From Rhizobium sp. Q54 (lineage in GTDB: Bacteria > Bacteroidota > Bacteroidia > Sphingobacteriales > Sphingobacteriaceae): 64,000 nucleotides of DNA. Shown piece by piece: positions 51,003-61,116 of this stretch; position 1 is the first letter of the stretch; each line of letters begins with the position of its first letter. The notes beneath the pieces are model-generated. The model was not told where the DNA came from, searched no databases, and saw nothing but the letters and a program-made list of their open reading frames with translations. The position numbers were made by a program, and so were the translations under genes. The DNA lies in the NCBI GenBank assembly GCA_943360385.1, contig CALRIM020000001.1:274-64273 (forward strand), given 5' to 3'.

Positions 51003-51041
51003 TAAAAAAATCCTACAACCTCACGGATGCAGGATTTTTTA
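51003..51041 (-). terminator. Rho-independent terminator downstream of rpsT
   Basis: atcctacaacc / ggatgcaggat stem with 2 mismatches. T-run on the minus strand, A/T runs on both sides. Confidence 0.55.
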
Positions 51042-51059
51042 TCAGCGGAATATAATATA

Positions 51060-51314
51060 CTAGCTAAGTGAGTTTACGAATTTCGTAAGCTTAGACTTGT
51101 TATTAGCCGCTTTATTTTTGTGAATAACGTTTTTCTTAGCCAAACGATCCAACATAGAAGTAACTTTCTTCAATAATTCAGATGCTTCTGATTTAGTAGA
51201 AGAAGAACGTAATCTTTTAATAGCATTACGCGTAGTTCTTGCTTGGTATCTGTTTCTCAAACGCTTTGTAGCATTTGCTCTAATTCTCTTAATTGCTGAT
51301 TTATGATTTGCCAT
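51060..51314 (-). CDS. rpsT: 30S ribosomal protein S20
   Basis: 84 aa starting MANHKSAIKRIRANATKRLRNRYQ. Confidence 0.95.
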   Translation of the reverse strand: MANHKSAIKRIRANATKRLRNRYQARTTRNAIKRLRSSSTKSEASELLKKVTSMLDRLAKKNVIHKNKAANNKSKLTKFVNSLS

Positions 51315-51325
51315 TGCTTATTATT

Positions 51326-51348
51326 TCAAAAGGACTGCAAATATACGG
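51326..51348 (-). promoter_or_regulatory. Candidate rpsT promoter (-7 box TATATTTG, with TTG 19 nt upstream; shared motif)
   Basis: Minus strand reads TTGgaaattagaaaactgaccgTATATTTGcagtccttttga, with the -7 box ending 23 nt before the ATG. Confidence 0.55.
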
Positions 51349-51413
51349 TCAGTTTTCTAATTTCCAAAGTATAAATTCAAAAAGAAGAAAATATCTTATC
51401 TTTAGCCCTAATT

Positions 51414-52382
51414 ATGCGCAAAATAACACTTTTTATCTGCTTTCTAGTCCTAGTTGGAACTAGTTTAGTGTACTCTTGGGGCTTTTTTGCCCACAAAAGA
51501 GTGAACCGATTGGCCGTTTTTACCCTTCCAAAGGAATTAATGGGCTTCTATAAAAGCAATATAAACTACATAACGGAGCAAGCAGTTGCCCCAGATAAGC
51601 GTAGGTATTCTGATAAAGAAGAGGCCCCTCGCCACTATTTAGATGCAGACCACTACGATTTACACCATCCATTTGATAGCATTCCGATGAAATGGAAAGA
51701 TGCTGCAAGCAAATACTCAGAAGATACCTTAAAGTCTTATGGTACTGTTCCTTGGAGAATCCAAGAACGCTTAGCGCAATTAACTCAAGCATTTAAGGAA
51801 AGGGATTCGGCTAAAATATTATTCTATTCTGCTGACCTTGGTCACTATGTTGCAGATGCTTGCGTTCCTTTGCATTCTACAGAGAATTACGATGGGCAAA
51901 TGTCTGGACAAAAAGGATTGCATGGTTTCTGGGAATCGCGTTTACCAGAATTATTTGCCGACGATTATAATTATTGGGTAGGCAAAGCCACTTATATAGC
52001 AGATCCCCTAGATGAATCGTTTAAACTATTAAAAGGGAGTTTTGCAGCAGTTGATTCTGTTTTCAAATTCGAAAAAGAATTAACCGAGAAAATGGGCAAA
52101 GAGAAAAAGTACAGCTTTGAGCAAAAAGGTAATAAAAATGTTCAGGTGTATTCATACGAATTCTCAAAGGCATACCACGAACAATTAGACGGAATGGTAG
52201 AAAGACGCATGCGTGTTGCTATTAAGGCCGTAGGGAGCTACTGGTACACCGCCTGGGTGAATGCTGGCCAACCTAACATGAAAAAGCTTATCAATAAATC
52301 TCAAAACACTGCCGATAAAGAAAAAGTGGAAAAGGAAGAGGCAGCGTATAAGAATGGGAAAGCGTTGGGGAGAGTCGAATAA
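51414..52382 (+). CDS. Zinc-dependent phospholipase C / S1-P1 nuclease superfamily protein
   Basis: 322 aa with a signal peptide, then the mature N-terminus WGFFAHKRVN, plus HYLDADHY and HSTENYDG His/Asp metal-ligand-like motifs. Confidence 0.55.
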   Translation: MRKITLFICFLVLVGTSLVYSWGFFAHKRVNRLAVFTLPKELMGFYKSNINYITEQAVAPDKRRYSDKEEAPRHYLDADHYDLHHPFDSIPMKWKDAASKYSEDTLKSYGTVPWRIQERLAQLTQAFKERDSAKILFYSADLGHYVADACVPLHSTENYDGQMSGQKGLHGFWESRLPELFADDYNYWVGKATYIADPLDESFKLLKGSFAAVDSVFKFEKELTEKMGKEKKYSFEQKGNKNVQVYSYEFSKAYHEQLDGMVERRMRVAIKAVGSYWYTAWVNAGQPNMKKLINKSQNTADKEKVEKEEAAYKNGKALGRVE

Positions 52383-52450
52383 TTCGAACTTGCGAACTAG
52401 CGAAATGGCGAAAAGACGAAATGGCGAATTTGTGAAAAGACGAATTTGCA
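52381..52450. repeat. TTCG/GCGAA-family short repeats, left arm around the terminator
   Basis: aattcgaacttgcgaactagcgaaatggcgaaaagacgaaatggcgaatttgtgaaaagacgaatttgc, starting at the stop codon. Confidence 0.75.
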
Positions 52451-52453
52451 AAT

Positions 52454-52492
52454 AAAAAAAGGGTTGTAAGTGTAAACTTCAACCCTTTTTTT
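52454..52492. terminator. Bidirectional rho-independent terminator between the PLC-like gene and dnaN
   Basis: A7-gggttg(t)aag-tgtaaa-cttcaaccc-T7. Confidence 0.8.
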
Positions 52493-52507
52493 ATTTCATT
52501 TATTTTT

Positions 52508-52560
52508 TTCGAAAGTTCTTTAATTCGCTAGTTCACAAATTCGTCGTTTCGTTAATTCGA
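52508..52560. repeat. Right arm (partial reverse complement of 52381-52450), ending at the dnaN stop
   Basis: Its reverse complement contains gacgaatttgtgaactagcgaatt, which matches blocks of the left arm. Confidence 0.7.
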
Positions 52561-53685
52561 TTAAGCGTAGCTATTCAACATTACCGGCATTACTAACATC
52601 AATACATCTTCATTATTGTCTGTAGTTACTGGCAATAAAATTCCTGCTCTGTTTGGTGTCGACATTTCTAAAATAACTTCTTCTGTATTTAAATTGCTCA
52701 ACATTTCGATGATGAATTTTGCATTGAATCCAATTTCAATGTCTTCACCTTCGTATTGGCAACCTAAGCGTTCGTGTGCTTCGTTAGAGAAGTCCATATC
52801 TTCAGCAGAAATTTGCAATTCTGAACCCGATATTTTTAAACGAACTTGATGAGTAGTTTTATTTGAGAAAATAGAAACACGACGTAAACATGATAATAAT
52901 TGATTACGATCTATTGTTAATTTGTTCGGATTATTTACTGGAATTACCGCTTCATAATCTGGATATTTTTCATCGATTAAACGACAGATTAAGTTCACAT
53001 TATTAAATGAGAACGATGCGTTTGTATTATTATACTCAACATTTACACTGATGTCTTCAACAGGTAAAGATGATTTTAAAAGATTCAATGCTTTTTTAGG
53101 AAGAATGAATGAATTAGACACATCTGCCTTTGCATCTCTTCTTCTGTAACGAACCAATTTATGTGCATCGGTAGCTACAAACGTTAAGTTTTCGGTCGAC
53201 ATTTGGCAATAAACACCTGTCATAGCCGGACGAAGTTCGTCGGTACTCACCGCAAAGATTGTTTTCGAAATAGCTTCTGATAAAACAGATGCAGACATCA
53301 TTAACGATGCAGCTTGCTCTATCTTAGGGATTTTCGGAAAATCTTCACCGTTTTCTCCTACCAACTTATATTTACCCTCTCCAGCAGTCATTTCTATAGA
53401 GAAATTTTCTGCACTGATGGTAAAAGTAATTGGCTGTTCTGGTAAGGTTTTTAAGGTATCTAATAAAATCTTAGATGGTACCGCAATTTTTCCATTTTCC
53501 TTTGCTTCAACTGCCAATGAGGTAGTCATAGTTGTTTGTAAATCAGTTGCCGAAACCGTTAGATTTCCACTACTAATTTCGAAAAGGAAATTTTCGATAA
53601 TTGGTAAAACCGTATTGGTGCTCAATGCACCACTAATTACTTGTAATTGCTTCAGTAATGCCGAAGAAGATACAATAAACTTCAT
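52561..53685 (-). CDS. dnaN: DNA polymerase III subunit beta (sliding clamp)
   Basis: 374 aa starting MKFIVSSSALLKQLQVISGAL...TNTVLPIIENFLF, with a three-domain clamp pattern. Confidence 0.95.
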   Translation of the reverse strand: MKFIVSSSALLKQLQVISGALSTNTVLPIIENFLFEISSGNLTVSATDLQTTMTTSLAVEAKENGKIAVPSKILLDTLKTLPEQPITFTISAENFSIEMTAGEGKYKLVGENGEDFPKIPKIEQAASLMMSASVLSEAISKTIFAVSTDELRPAMTGVYCQMSTENLTFVATDAHKLVRYRRRDAKADVSNSFILPKKALNLLKSSLPVEDISVNVEYNNTNASFSFNNVNLICRLIDEKYPDYEAVIPVNNPNKLTIDRNQLLSCLRRVSIFSNKTTHQVRLKISGSELQISAEDMDFSNEAHERLGCQYEGEDIEIGFNAKFIIEMLSNLNTEEVILEMSTPNRAGILLPVTTDNNEDVLMLVMPVMLNSYA

Positions 53686-53733
53686 TTCTAAATCTTTCTT
53701 TGTTTGATAGCAAATATATAATATTAATTGAGC

Positions 53734-54747
53734 TTATTTAATAGGCGCCGAAAAGAATTCTTTATAATTGACGATCAAGTTATTAAACACTCGATATTGC
53801 CCATTATAAACCGCATTTCCATCCACACGTACAAAACATCTGTCCTGATCGAAATCATATTGTTCTGATTTCGGAAGGAATTTTTGCCCGTCGAAATAGC
53901 GTTTAAACAACTCAACCTGATGTTTAGCTCCTTCCTTTTCATAAACTACTATTGTAGCAATTAAATTCTGAGGAATTAGCAATTCCGCTACGTTTAATCT
54001 TTTTGTATCTACTGGATTTTCATATTGGATATCCGAAAATCCACCTAAATACTTCCTAAGAAATTCCCCATTAATATTTGATTTGGCTGAATCGCCAGCC
54101 TTGTTAAATAAACTTATGTATTCCTTACTTTGAATTTTCAATATAAAAGATGCTTCCAGGCTTTCAGGGTAATCTATTTGAACAATTCCAATATTTTGTG
54201 GAGCAATTCTAAAAATACCTCTATCTCTCCAAACACTTACATCTGTATTATACCTAACCGTTAAATATCCATCGAAACCAGGAATATGGATGATAAATGG
54301 GTCGTCGGCACCATCTAATAACATAAAGGTTCCAAGTGCATCCATGGTAGCTCCACCAACATAATATTTACGATCTAAAGAACCATCTGTATAAATTTCT
54401 ACTTGAACTGCTCCTGTAGCCAATTGTTTCATCAGGTTTGCTCTCATAGGTTTATTCACGGGCGATTTTACTTCTATTCGCTTTATAGTTTCTAATAAAA
54501 CCCCAATTACATCTCTCCTAACTCTTACGCTATCATTTGCGTACCAAATTTTATTCTTTTTAGTAAGCAATAACACTTTGCCCGTTTTATCAGATAAAAC
54601 AATTTTATCAATTGCTGCTGTATCCTCTACGGCAAACGCCATTTTATTGCCATTTATACTTCCACTGCCCCCTTTTTTAACATATAAATAAGCCGCGAAA
54701 GCTAATAAAACAACTAAAATGATAATGTATATTCTATTTCTTTTCAT
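53734..54747 (-). CDS. DUF4340 domain protein (partner of GldG-like ABC accessory proteins)
   Basis: Start trimmed to ATG 54747 (MKRNRIYIIILVVLLAFAAYLYV, signal anchor). Lies downstream of gldG as in many Bacteroidota. Confidence 0.65.
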   Translation of the reverse strand: MKRNRIYIIILVVLLAFAAYLYVKKGGSGSINGNKMAFAVEDTAAIDKIVLSDKTGKVLLLTKKNKIWYANDSVRVRRDVIGVLLETIKRIEVKSPVNKPMRANLMKQLATGAVQVEIYTDGSLDRKYYVGGATMDALGTFMLLDGADDPFIIHIPGFDGYLTVRYNTDVSVWRDRGIFRIAPQNIGIVQIDYPESLEASFILKIQSKEYISLFNKAGDSAKSNINGEFLRKYLGGFSDIQYENPVDTKRLNVAELLIPQNLIATIVVYEKEGAKHQVELFKRYFDGQKFLPKSEQYDFDQDRCFVRVDGNAVYNGQYRVFNNLIVNYKEFFSAPIK

Positions 54748-54788
54748 AACAAATAACAATTTCTCAATTCTCAATACTTATTTACTAT

Positions 54789-56483
54789 CTATGCGTATTT
54801 CTTTTTACGTTGATAAAATAAAACTACTCCAATTAATATTATTAAAATATTTGGGACAAGAATATTAAATACTTGCCATCTGAATTTTTCTTTCTTCACT
54901 CTTTCTGTATCGAGCATTCTTAACTTTACTTCTTTAGATCGTGCAGAGATCAAATTATAATCATCCGCTAACCAATCTACTGCATTCTGAACAAAAATAC
55001 TGTTAGAGAAATTTCTTCTTGTAAACCTATCAAAGCCTAATGGATAAATAGAACTATCGCGTTTAGAGAAATAATTTTTTATGATGTCTCCATCCGAAAC
55101 AACAATCATTCTGGTGGGTTTACTCTCTTCCAAAAATTTGGCGTTTGGATTTTGTGAAATCAATCTATTTTTAAATACTGAAGTAAATTTACCTTCCAAA
55201 GCAACCCCTGCAATTATATTTTTCTTAATAAACTGTTGAGGATTTGGTTCAATAGAAAGCATTTGTAATGCCACTCTTACTGGCGCATTTAATACTTTGG
55301 TATATTTTGATGATTGCAGTAATGGAGTCTTTACAATACCCTTAACATCCACGGTATCTATGCTGCTAGAAAATTCGGCACGTAACCCATCTAAACTTTT
55401 AGCTACTGGATGAGTGGTATTCGGTATAAAGATTGGGAAGAACAACCAAGGAAATAATTCTTGTTGTGGAGATGCTCCTACATTACCCGTAACTACTGGT
55501 ATTGGCGCGCATTGTACATCTTGAATTAAATCATTATTGATACGTGCACCATAACTAAATAGCTGGTCATCTAAATTTAATTCGTACGTACTCGTTATCA
55601 TCATTTGCTCATCGCCTAAGCTATCCATGTCTGCATTTAACTTATCAATCATCCACAAAATTCTTCCTCCATTCATAATGTATTGATCGAGGTTAAACTT
55701 CTCTCCTTCTTTAAACACAGAGGTTGGTTTAGCGATAATAAGTGTTTTGTATTTATATAAATCTTGAGGTGTAGTAGAACCCAAATTCACAAAAGAAACA
55801 TCGTAATAATTTCTCAGTGTTTTAATAATATCGCCTGTTCTAAAAGTATCCAATTCTCCATGACCAAAAATAAAGGCAATACTTGGTCGTTCTTTTTGAG
55901 TTACTTTTTTAATATTGTTTACCAGCTGGAATTCTAAATTCATTACAGAATTATTCAACACCTCATCGGCAGAATTAGCCACTGTAGAACTTTGTAATAA
56001 TGGGAATGCTTGCTCCCTTCCTCTATAAGTTACAATTGCTCCAGGAATTACTATTTGTTGGCGTTGACCGTTATCATCTCTTACTTGAACGTTAATAGGA
56101 GTTAATCCTTTCTTTACTAATTGTTGAATTATTTCCTCTCTAATTTTAGGATCAGTTTCTGCCGTAGGGTTAATAAATTCATATTCTAAATTAGAGCCTG
56201 CGTATGCTTTTAAATCGTCGAGGGTTTCTTTTGTAGCATTTCTTAATCGTTTAAATCCTGCTGGAAATTCTCCGTCTAAATATACTTTCACATACACTAC
56301 ATCATTTAGATTCTGCATGTATCCTTTACTCGCATCGGAAAGTGTAAATCTATTTTCCTTTGTAAAATCGATACGGAAAAATGCTAAAGTTGAAATAAAG
56401 TTTACGATTACAATTATTAGTAACATAACCAATAATTGCACCCAAGCTTGTCGTTTTAAATTTGTTGATTTCTTCGTTTCCAT
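54789..56483 (-). CDS. gldG: Gliding-motility-associated ABC transporter substrate-binding/accessory protein GldG-like
   Basis: 564 aa with N- and C-terminal TM helices and a large external domain. Directly follows gldF. Confidence 0.7.
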   Translation of the reverse strand: METKKSTNLKRQAWVQLLVMLLIIVIVNFISTLAFFRIDFTKENRFTLSDASKGYMQNLNDVVYVKVYLDGEFPAGFKRLRNATKETLDDLKAYAGSNLEYEFINPTAETDPKIREEIIQQLVKKGLTPINVQVRDDNGQRQQIVIPGAIVTYRGREQAFPLLQSSTVANSADEVLNNSVMNLEFQLVNNIKKVTQKERPSIAFIFGHGELDTFRTGDIIKTLRNYYDVSFVNLGSTTPQDLYKYKTLIIAKPTSVFKEGEKFNLDQYIMNGGRILWMIDKLNADMDSLGDEQMMITSTYELNLDDQLFSYGARINNDLIQDVQCAPIPVVTGNVGASPQQELFPWLFFPIFIPNTTHPVAKSLDGLRAEFSSSIDTVDVKGIVKTPLLQSSKYTKVLNAPVRVALQMLSIEPNPQQFIKKNIIAGVALEGKFTSVFKNRLISQNPNAKFLEESKPTRMIVVSDGDIIKNYFSKRDSSIYPLGFDRFTRRNFSNSIFVQNAVDWLADDYNLISARSKEVKLRMLDTERVKKEKFRWQVFNILVPNILIILIGVVLFYQRKKKYA

Positions 56484-56484
56484 A

Positions 56485-57213
56485 CTACCACTTTCTACTT
56501 TCTAAAACCATACGAGTTAGCAATACAAAAAAGCTAATAAACCCAATAAAATATACTCCATCTCTAGAGTCGAAAACACCTCTACTCATTGATTGGTAAT
56601 GTTCATTAATCCCTAATGTTGCAATAACATTATCTACCTTACCAAACAAATCGAGCTTGCTAAACGAATCGAACCCTGCATAACAAATAAAGCTAATAAA
56701 GACAGCTAAAATAAAAGCTACAATCTGATTGTCGCTTAGAGATGATGCGAAGATTCCAATAGATACAAGGCTTGCAGCCAAAAATATCAACCCTATGTAT
56801 GAACCGATAACAGCGCCAGAATCTACATTTCCTTTTACTGAACCCAATTGGTAAACAGTTACATAATATACTAGAGTAGGTAAAATTGCCAGAACTACAA
56901 TCATTAATCCCGCAAAATATTTTCCTAAAATTATTTGAAGTTCAGTAATTGGACGAGTAACCAAAAGTTCAATGGTACCTGTTTTATTTTCTTCGGAAAA
57001 AGAACGCATTGTGATAGCCGGAATTAAAAATAAAAATATCCATGGAGCAACTCCAAAGAAACTATCTAAACTTGCGAAACCATATTCTAATACACTGGTG
57101 TCTGGGAACACCCAAACAAATAATCCTGTAACTAATAGAAATACAACAATAGAAATATATGCTATTAGTGAGCTAAAGAATCCAGCTACTTCTTTTTTAA
57201 AAATCGTGAGCAT
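56485..57213 (-). CDS. gldF: ABC-2 type permease GldF-like
   Basis: 242 aa with 6 hydrophobic helices, between the ABC ATPase and gldG. Confidence 0.7.
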   Translation of the reverse strand: MLTIFKKEVAGFFSSLIAYISIVVFLLVTGLFVWVFPDTSVLEYGFASLDSFFGVAPWIFLFLIPAITMRSFSEENKTGTIELLVTRPITELQIILGKYFAGLMIVVLAILPTLVYYVTVYQLGSVKGNVDSGAVIGSYIGLIFLAASLVSIGIFASSLSDNQIVAFILAVFISFICYAGFDSFSKLDLFGKVDNVIATLGINEHYQSMSRGVFDSRDGVYFIGFISFFVLLTRMVLESRKW

Positions 57214-57215
57214 CT

Positions 57216-58130
57216 CTAGTTATTTTTTTTTGTTAATCGACGGAAAACATCTTCCAGTTTTTCTTCTTCTTTCTGAATACTCAACATCACTAAATGATTT
57301 TTTACAGCAAACTCAAAAATAGATGTACGTACTGCTTCATCGTTATTAGCACTCAATAACCAAACAGTACTGCTCACTTTGTTTGCTTTTTTTACACCTG
57401 TAATAGATTCTAATTTATTCTGTTCAACAGTTTTATCAAACTCTACTCTAAATACATATTCACCCATCACATGCGCTTGAAGATTCTTTGTATCGTCGTT
57501 GGCAACAATTTTACCCTTGTTAATAATAACTACCTGATCGCAGATAGCCTCTACCTCTTGCATAATATGGGTAGAAAGTATTACTGTTTTTTCTTTCCCT
57601 ATTTTCTTTATAAGATTTCTTATCTCTGTTAATTGATTGGGGTCTAAGCCAGAAGTCGGCTCATCTAAAATCAATACCTCTGGGTTATGTATCATTGCTT
57701 GAGCTAATCCAACACGTTGGCGATACCCCTTAGATAATTGCCCTATTTTTTTATGCTGTTCTTTTTCTAAGCCAGTGAGGGAAATCATTTCTTTTATTCT
57801 ATCCGATGGATTTTTAATGTCGTGTAAACCAGCCACAAAAGCTAGGTACTCTTTCACATACATTTCTAAATACAATGGATTATGCTCGGGTAGATACCCT
57901 ATGCGTTTTCGCACCTCCATAGAATCGGTATTGGTATCGAACCCACAAACCGAAACATTGCCGGAGCTAGCTGGAATAAAGCAAGTTATGATTTTCATGG
58001 TAGTAGATTTACCTGCACCATTCGGACCAAGAAACCCTAGGATTCTGCCAGGCTCTGCTTTGAATGAAATTTCATCTACAGCCTTCTGTTCCCCGTAAAT
58101 TTTACTTAAACGATCAACTATTACCGACAC
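57216..58130 (-). CDS. gldA: ABC transporter ATP-binding protein GldA-like
   Basis: 304 aa with Walker A GPNGAGKST, signature LSKGYRQR and Walker B LILDEPTSGLD. GTG start. Confidence 0.75.
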   Translation of the reverse strand: MSVIVDRLSKIYGEQKAVDEISFKAEPGRILGFLGPNGAGKSTTMKIITCFIPASSGNVSVCGFDTNTDSMEVRKRIGYLPEHNPLYLEMYVKEYLAFVAGLHDIKNPSDRIKEMISLTGLEKEQHKKIGQLSKGYRQRVGLAQAMIHNPEVLILDEPTSGLDPNQLTEIRNLIKKIGKEKTVILSTHIMQEVEAICDQVVIINKGKIVANDDTKNLQAHVMGEYVFRVEFDKTVEQNKLESITGVKKANKVSSTVWLLSANNDEAVRTSIFEFAVKNHLVMLSIQKEEEKLEDVFRRLTKKNN

Positions 58131-58188
58131 TTTTTTATGAATTAAATTTGAGCACGAAAGATAAGTATTTTAAATTTATCTTTGCGAC

Positions 58189-59649
58189 ATGAATAATAAA
58201 GAGGATCTATTTAAAAATGTGGTATCGCACTCTAAAGAGTACGGTTTTGTGTTTCAATCTAGTGAAATATATGATGGTTTAAGTGCTGTGTATGACTATG
58301 GTCAGTTAGGAGCTGAGTTAAAAAACAACATTAAAACCTATTGGTGGAAATCGATGGTGCAAATGAATGAGAATATTGTAGGCATTGATTCTGCGATATT
58401 TATGCACCCTAAAATATGGAAAGCATCGGGGCACGTGGATGGTTTTAACGACCCAATGATTGATAATAAGGACTCTAAAAAACGTTATCGTGCTGATAAT
58501 CTTTTAGAGGACAAAATTGCTCGGTATGAGAAAGATGGCAAAACTCAGAAGGCAGAAGAGCTTCAAAACAGCTTAGACTTAGCATTAAAATCAGATGATT
58601 TAAATGGGTTAAAGCAATTAATTATAGACCATGAGATTGCATGCCCTATCTCTGGAACCCGCAACTGGACAGACGTTCGTCAGTTTAATTTGATGTTTAG
58701 CACTCAGTTTGGCTCGCTAGCTGAGGATGCAGAAGCAGTATACTTACGCCCTGAAACGGCACAAGGTATTTTTGTGAACTTCTTAAATGTTCAAAAAACA
58801 GGAAGAATGAAAATTCCATTTGGTATTGCTCAAATTGGAAAAGCCTTTAGAAATGAAGTAATTGCTCGCCAATTTATTATGCGAATGAGAGAATTCGAAC
58901 AAATGGAAATGCAATTTTTTGTTCGCCCAGGTACCGAAATGGAATGGTACAAACATTGGAAAGAAGCGCGTTTAAAATGGCATTTAGCGTTAGGTACACC
59001 TGCAGAAATGTATCGTTACCACGACCATGCAAAATTAGCCCACTATGCCAATGCAGCTGTAGATATTGAATTCAACTTCCCATTCGGATTTAAAGAAGTA
59101 GAAGGAATCCATTCTCGTACCGATTTCGATTTAAAGCAACATCAAGAATTCTCTGGTAAGAAAATGCAATTCTTCGATCCAGAAATTAATCAGAATTATA
59201 TTCCATACGTTATCGAAACCTCTATCGGCTTAGATCGTATGTTTTTATTAACGATGTGTAATGCTTACAAAGAAGAAGATTTAAGCGAAGGCGACAAAAC
59301 AGATTCTAGAGTAGTATTAAAATTCCACCCAGCTTTGGCACCGGTAAAAGCAACCATAATGCCTTTAACTAAAAAAGACGGATTGCCAGAAAAAGCAAGA
59401 GAGGTAATAAATTTATTGAAACTAGACTTCAATGTACAGTACGACGAAAAAGATTCTATCGGAAAACGCTATCGCCGCCAAGATGCAATAGGTACGCCAT
59501 TCTGCATCACTGTAGATTACGAAAGTTTAGAAAACAATACCGTAACCATTCGCCATAGAGATAGCATGCAACAAGAAAGGATTGCTATCGATGCTTTGCA
59601 TTCAATGATTAGCGAAAATGTTGGATGGAGCAAGCTATTGCAAAGCTAA
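58189..59649 (+). CDS. glyQS: Glycine--tRNA ligase (homodimeric type)
   Basis: 486 aa with class II motifs (FRNEVIARQFIMRMREFEQME, GLDR) and an anticodon-binding C-domain. Confidence 0.93.
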   Translation: MNNKEDLFKNVVSHSKEYGFVFQSSEIYDGLSAVYDYGQLGAELKNNIKTYWWKSMVQMNENIVGIDSAIFMHPKIWKASGHVDGFNDPMIDNKDSKKRYRADNLLEDKIARYEKDGKTQKAEELQNSLDLALKSDDLNGLKQLIIDHEIACPISGTRNWTDVRQFNLMFSTQFGSLAEDAEAVYLRPETAQGIFVNFLNVQKTGRMKIPFGIAQIGKAFRNEVIARQFIMRMREFEQMEMQFFVRPGTEMEWYKHWKEARLKWHLALGTPAEMYRYHDHAKLAHYANAAVDIEFNFPFGFKEVEGIHSRTDFDLKQHQEFSGKKMQFFDPEINQNYIPYVIETSIGLDRMFLLTMCNAYKEEDLSEGDKTDSRVVLKFHPALAPVKATIMPLTKKDGLPEKAREVINLLKLDFNVQYDEKDSIGKRYRRQDAIGTPFCITVDYESLENNTVTIRHRDSMQQERIAIDALHSMISENVGWSKLLQS

Positions 59650-59734
59650 AAGTTCAGCCTCTCAATTACATTTTACTCCGTAAAACTTCATTCGGGAACC
59701 GGTAATAAAAACTTTCAAATTAATTTAATAAAAA

Positions 59735-59768
59735 AGACGGCGCAAAAATTAGGGCCGTCTTTTTTTTC
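59735..59768. terminator. Bidirectional rho-independent terminator
   Basis: agacggc / gccgtct stem with a 12-nt loop, A-run before and T8 after. Confidence 0.7.
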
Positions 59769-61116
59769 AATAGACTATAAATTTCTGAGTGTCTACTAAA
59801 ACATCTTCCTCGAAAAATTGAATAAAATAAATTCCCATAGATAGACCTTCCATTGAAATAGTGCAATCGTTATTGGTAAAATCTACATCCATTTCTTTAA
59901 CTTTTTCAGATAAACTATTTCTAATACTAATTCTTACATTTTTATAATTCGACAAATTAGAAATGTTAAGTTGGGAGGTAGTTGGATTGGGATAAATATT
60001 GAATGTTGATCGGTTGACTTTAGTATTCGAAACCCCAACGGGGTCTAGGTAATAACTTGCCATTTTAGAAATATTGTTCGTAAGGATATGATTAAATTCT
60101 CCTGTAATAATTAATTTATCATTAACTACCGAAAGCCCGTAAATCTCTGCATCTGCACCCAGCCTGTTTGTATAGTTAGTTCCATCCCAAGACATTATTA
60201 CTGTATCATTTATTGTCTTCGTTTTGGAATTCAGAGTAGTACCTATAAATAATTCGCCACGATATTCTTGAATCGCTGACTCATAAGCCAACTCCATGAA
60301 ACCATTTATTCTACTCCATTTAGATCCATCCCATTTTGCACTTCCATTGTAAATGTCGGATAAATGAGCATATGATCCCGCTTGAGTAAAACCTCCTATT
60401 ACTATCAGGTTATTTTTAAATGCTACTATTTTAGAAACTGCCCCTTGGTGTACTCCACTATCTAAAGCAAACCATGAGGTTCCATCCCATTTAGCCACAT
60501 GCGTCGCCACCTTTGTTCCTGCATTTGTAAAAAAACCACCTACGTACAATTCATCGTTTAATATTGCTAATGAACTTATTTCGTTTACTGCACCTCCACA
60601 ACCTCCACCCACGTCCGACCAAGCTACTCCATCCCATTTAGCTATATTTTTTACATACTTCCCTCCAATTCTCTGCAGTTGGCCTGCCACATATAATTCG
60701 TTCTTATACACAATCATATCATTTATACTCCCCAATGAATTAGCAGTAGTAACACCATATACATTCACCCATGCATTTCCGTTAAGTTTTAACAATGGTA
60801 AACTACTACCATTGCCCTTTAAAGAAAGTCTTCCTCCCAATAATAATTCACCATTATTTATTAATAAGGCCATCCTGTTAGAATTAGTAGAATTTAGGGC
60901 TAAATCTTTCCATTGTGTACCATCCCAATATGCCATACCCTCGCTTGGTATATTACCCGGTATAGTTGAAAAATTCCCTCTTAATATAATCGAATCTCCC
61001 CAAGAAGTGGTATATATAGCTGTATTCGGATTTACTCCATTCCCTATTTTATCAATCTGTTGGGAAAGTGATGCCTGAGAAAGAAATACTGCTACAATAA
61101 ATATTATTCTTTTCAT
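59767..61116 (-). CDS. T9SS-sorted secreted beta-propeller-like repeat protein
   Basis: 449 aa with a signal peptide, about 6 repeats centred on [KY]WDG..W, and a T9SS CTD (FNIYPNPTTSQLNI...GIYFIQF). Confidence 0.75.
   Translation of the reverse strand: MKRIIFIVAVFLSQASLSQQIDKIGNGVNPNTAIYTTSWGDSIILRGNFSTIPGNIPSEGMAYWDGTQWKDLALNSTNSNRMALLINNGELLLGGRLSLKGNGSSLPLLKLNGNAWVNVYGVTTANSLGSINDMIVYKNELYVAGQLQRIGGKYVKNIAKWDGVAWSDVGGGCGGAVNEISSLAILNDELYVGGFFTNAGTKVATHVAKWDGTSWFALDSGVHQGAVSKIVAFKNNLIVIGGFTQAGSYAHLSDIYNGSAKWDGSKWSRINGFMELAYESAIQEYRGELFIGTTLNSKTKTINDTVIMSWDGTNYTNRLGADAEIYGLSVVNDKLIITGEFNHILTNNISKMASYYLDPVGVSNTKVNRSTFNIYPNPTTSQLNISNLSNYKNVRISIRNSLSEKVKEMDVDFTNNDCTISMEGLSMGIYFIQFFEEDVLVDTQKFIVY

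Noticed and set aside
52383-53733. Replication origin next to dnaN
   Set aside because: dnaA is not adjacent. I saw no cluster of TTATCCACA-like DnaA boxes in the spacers flanking dnaN. The upstream spacer is only 48 nt.
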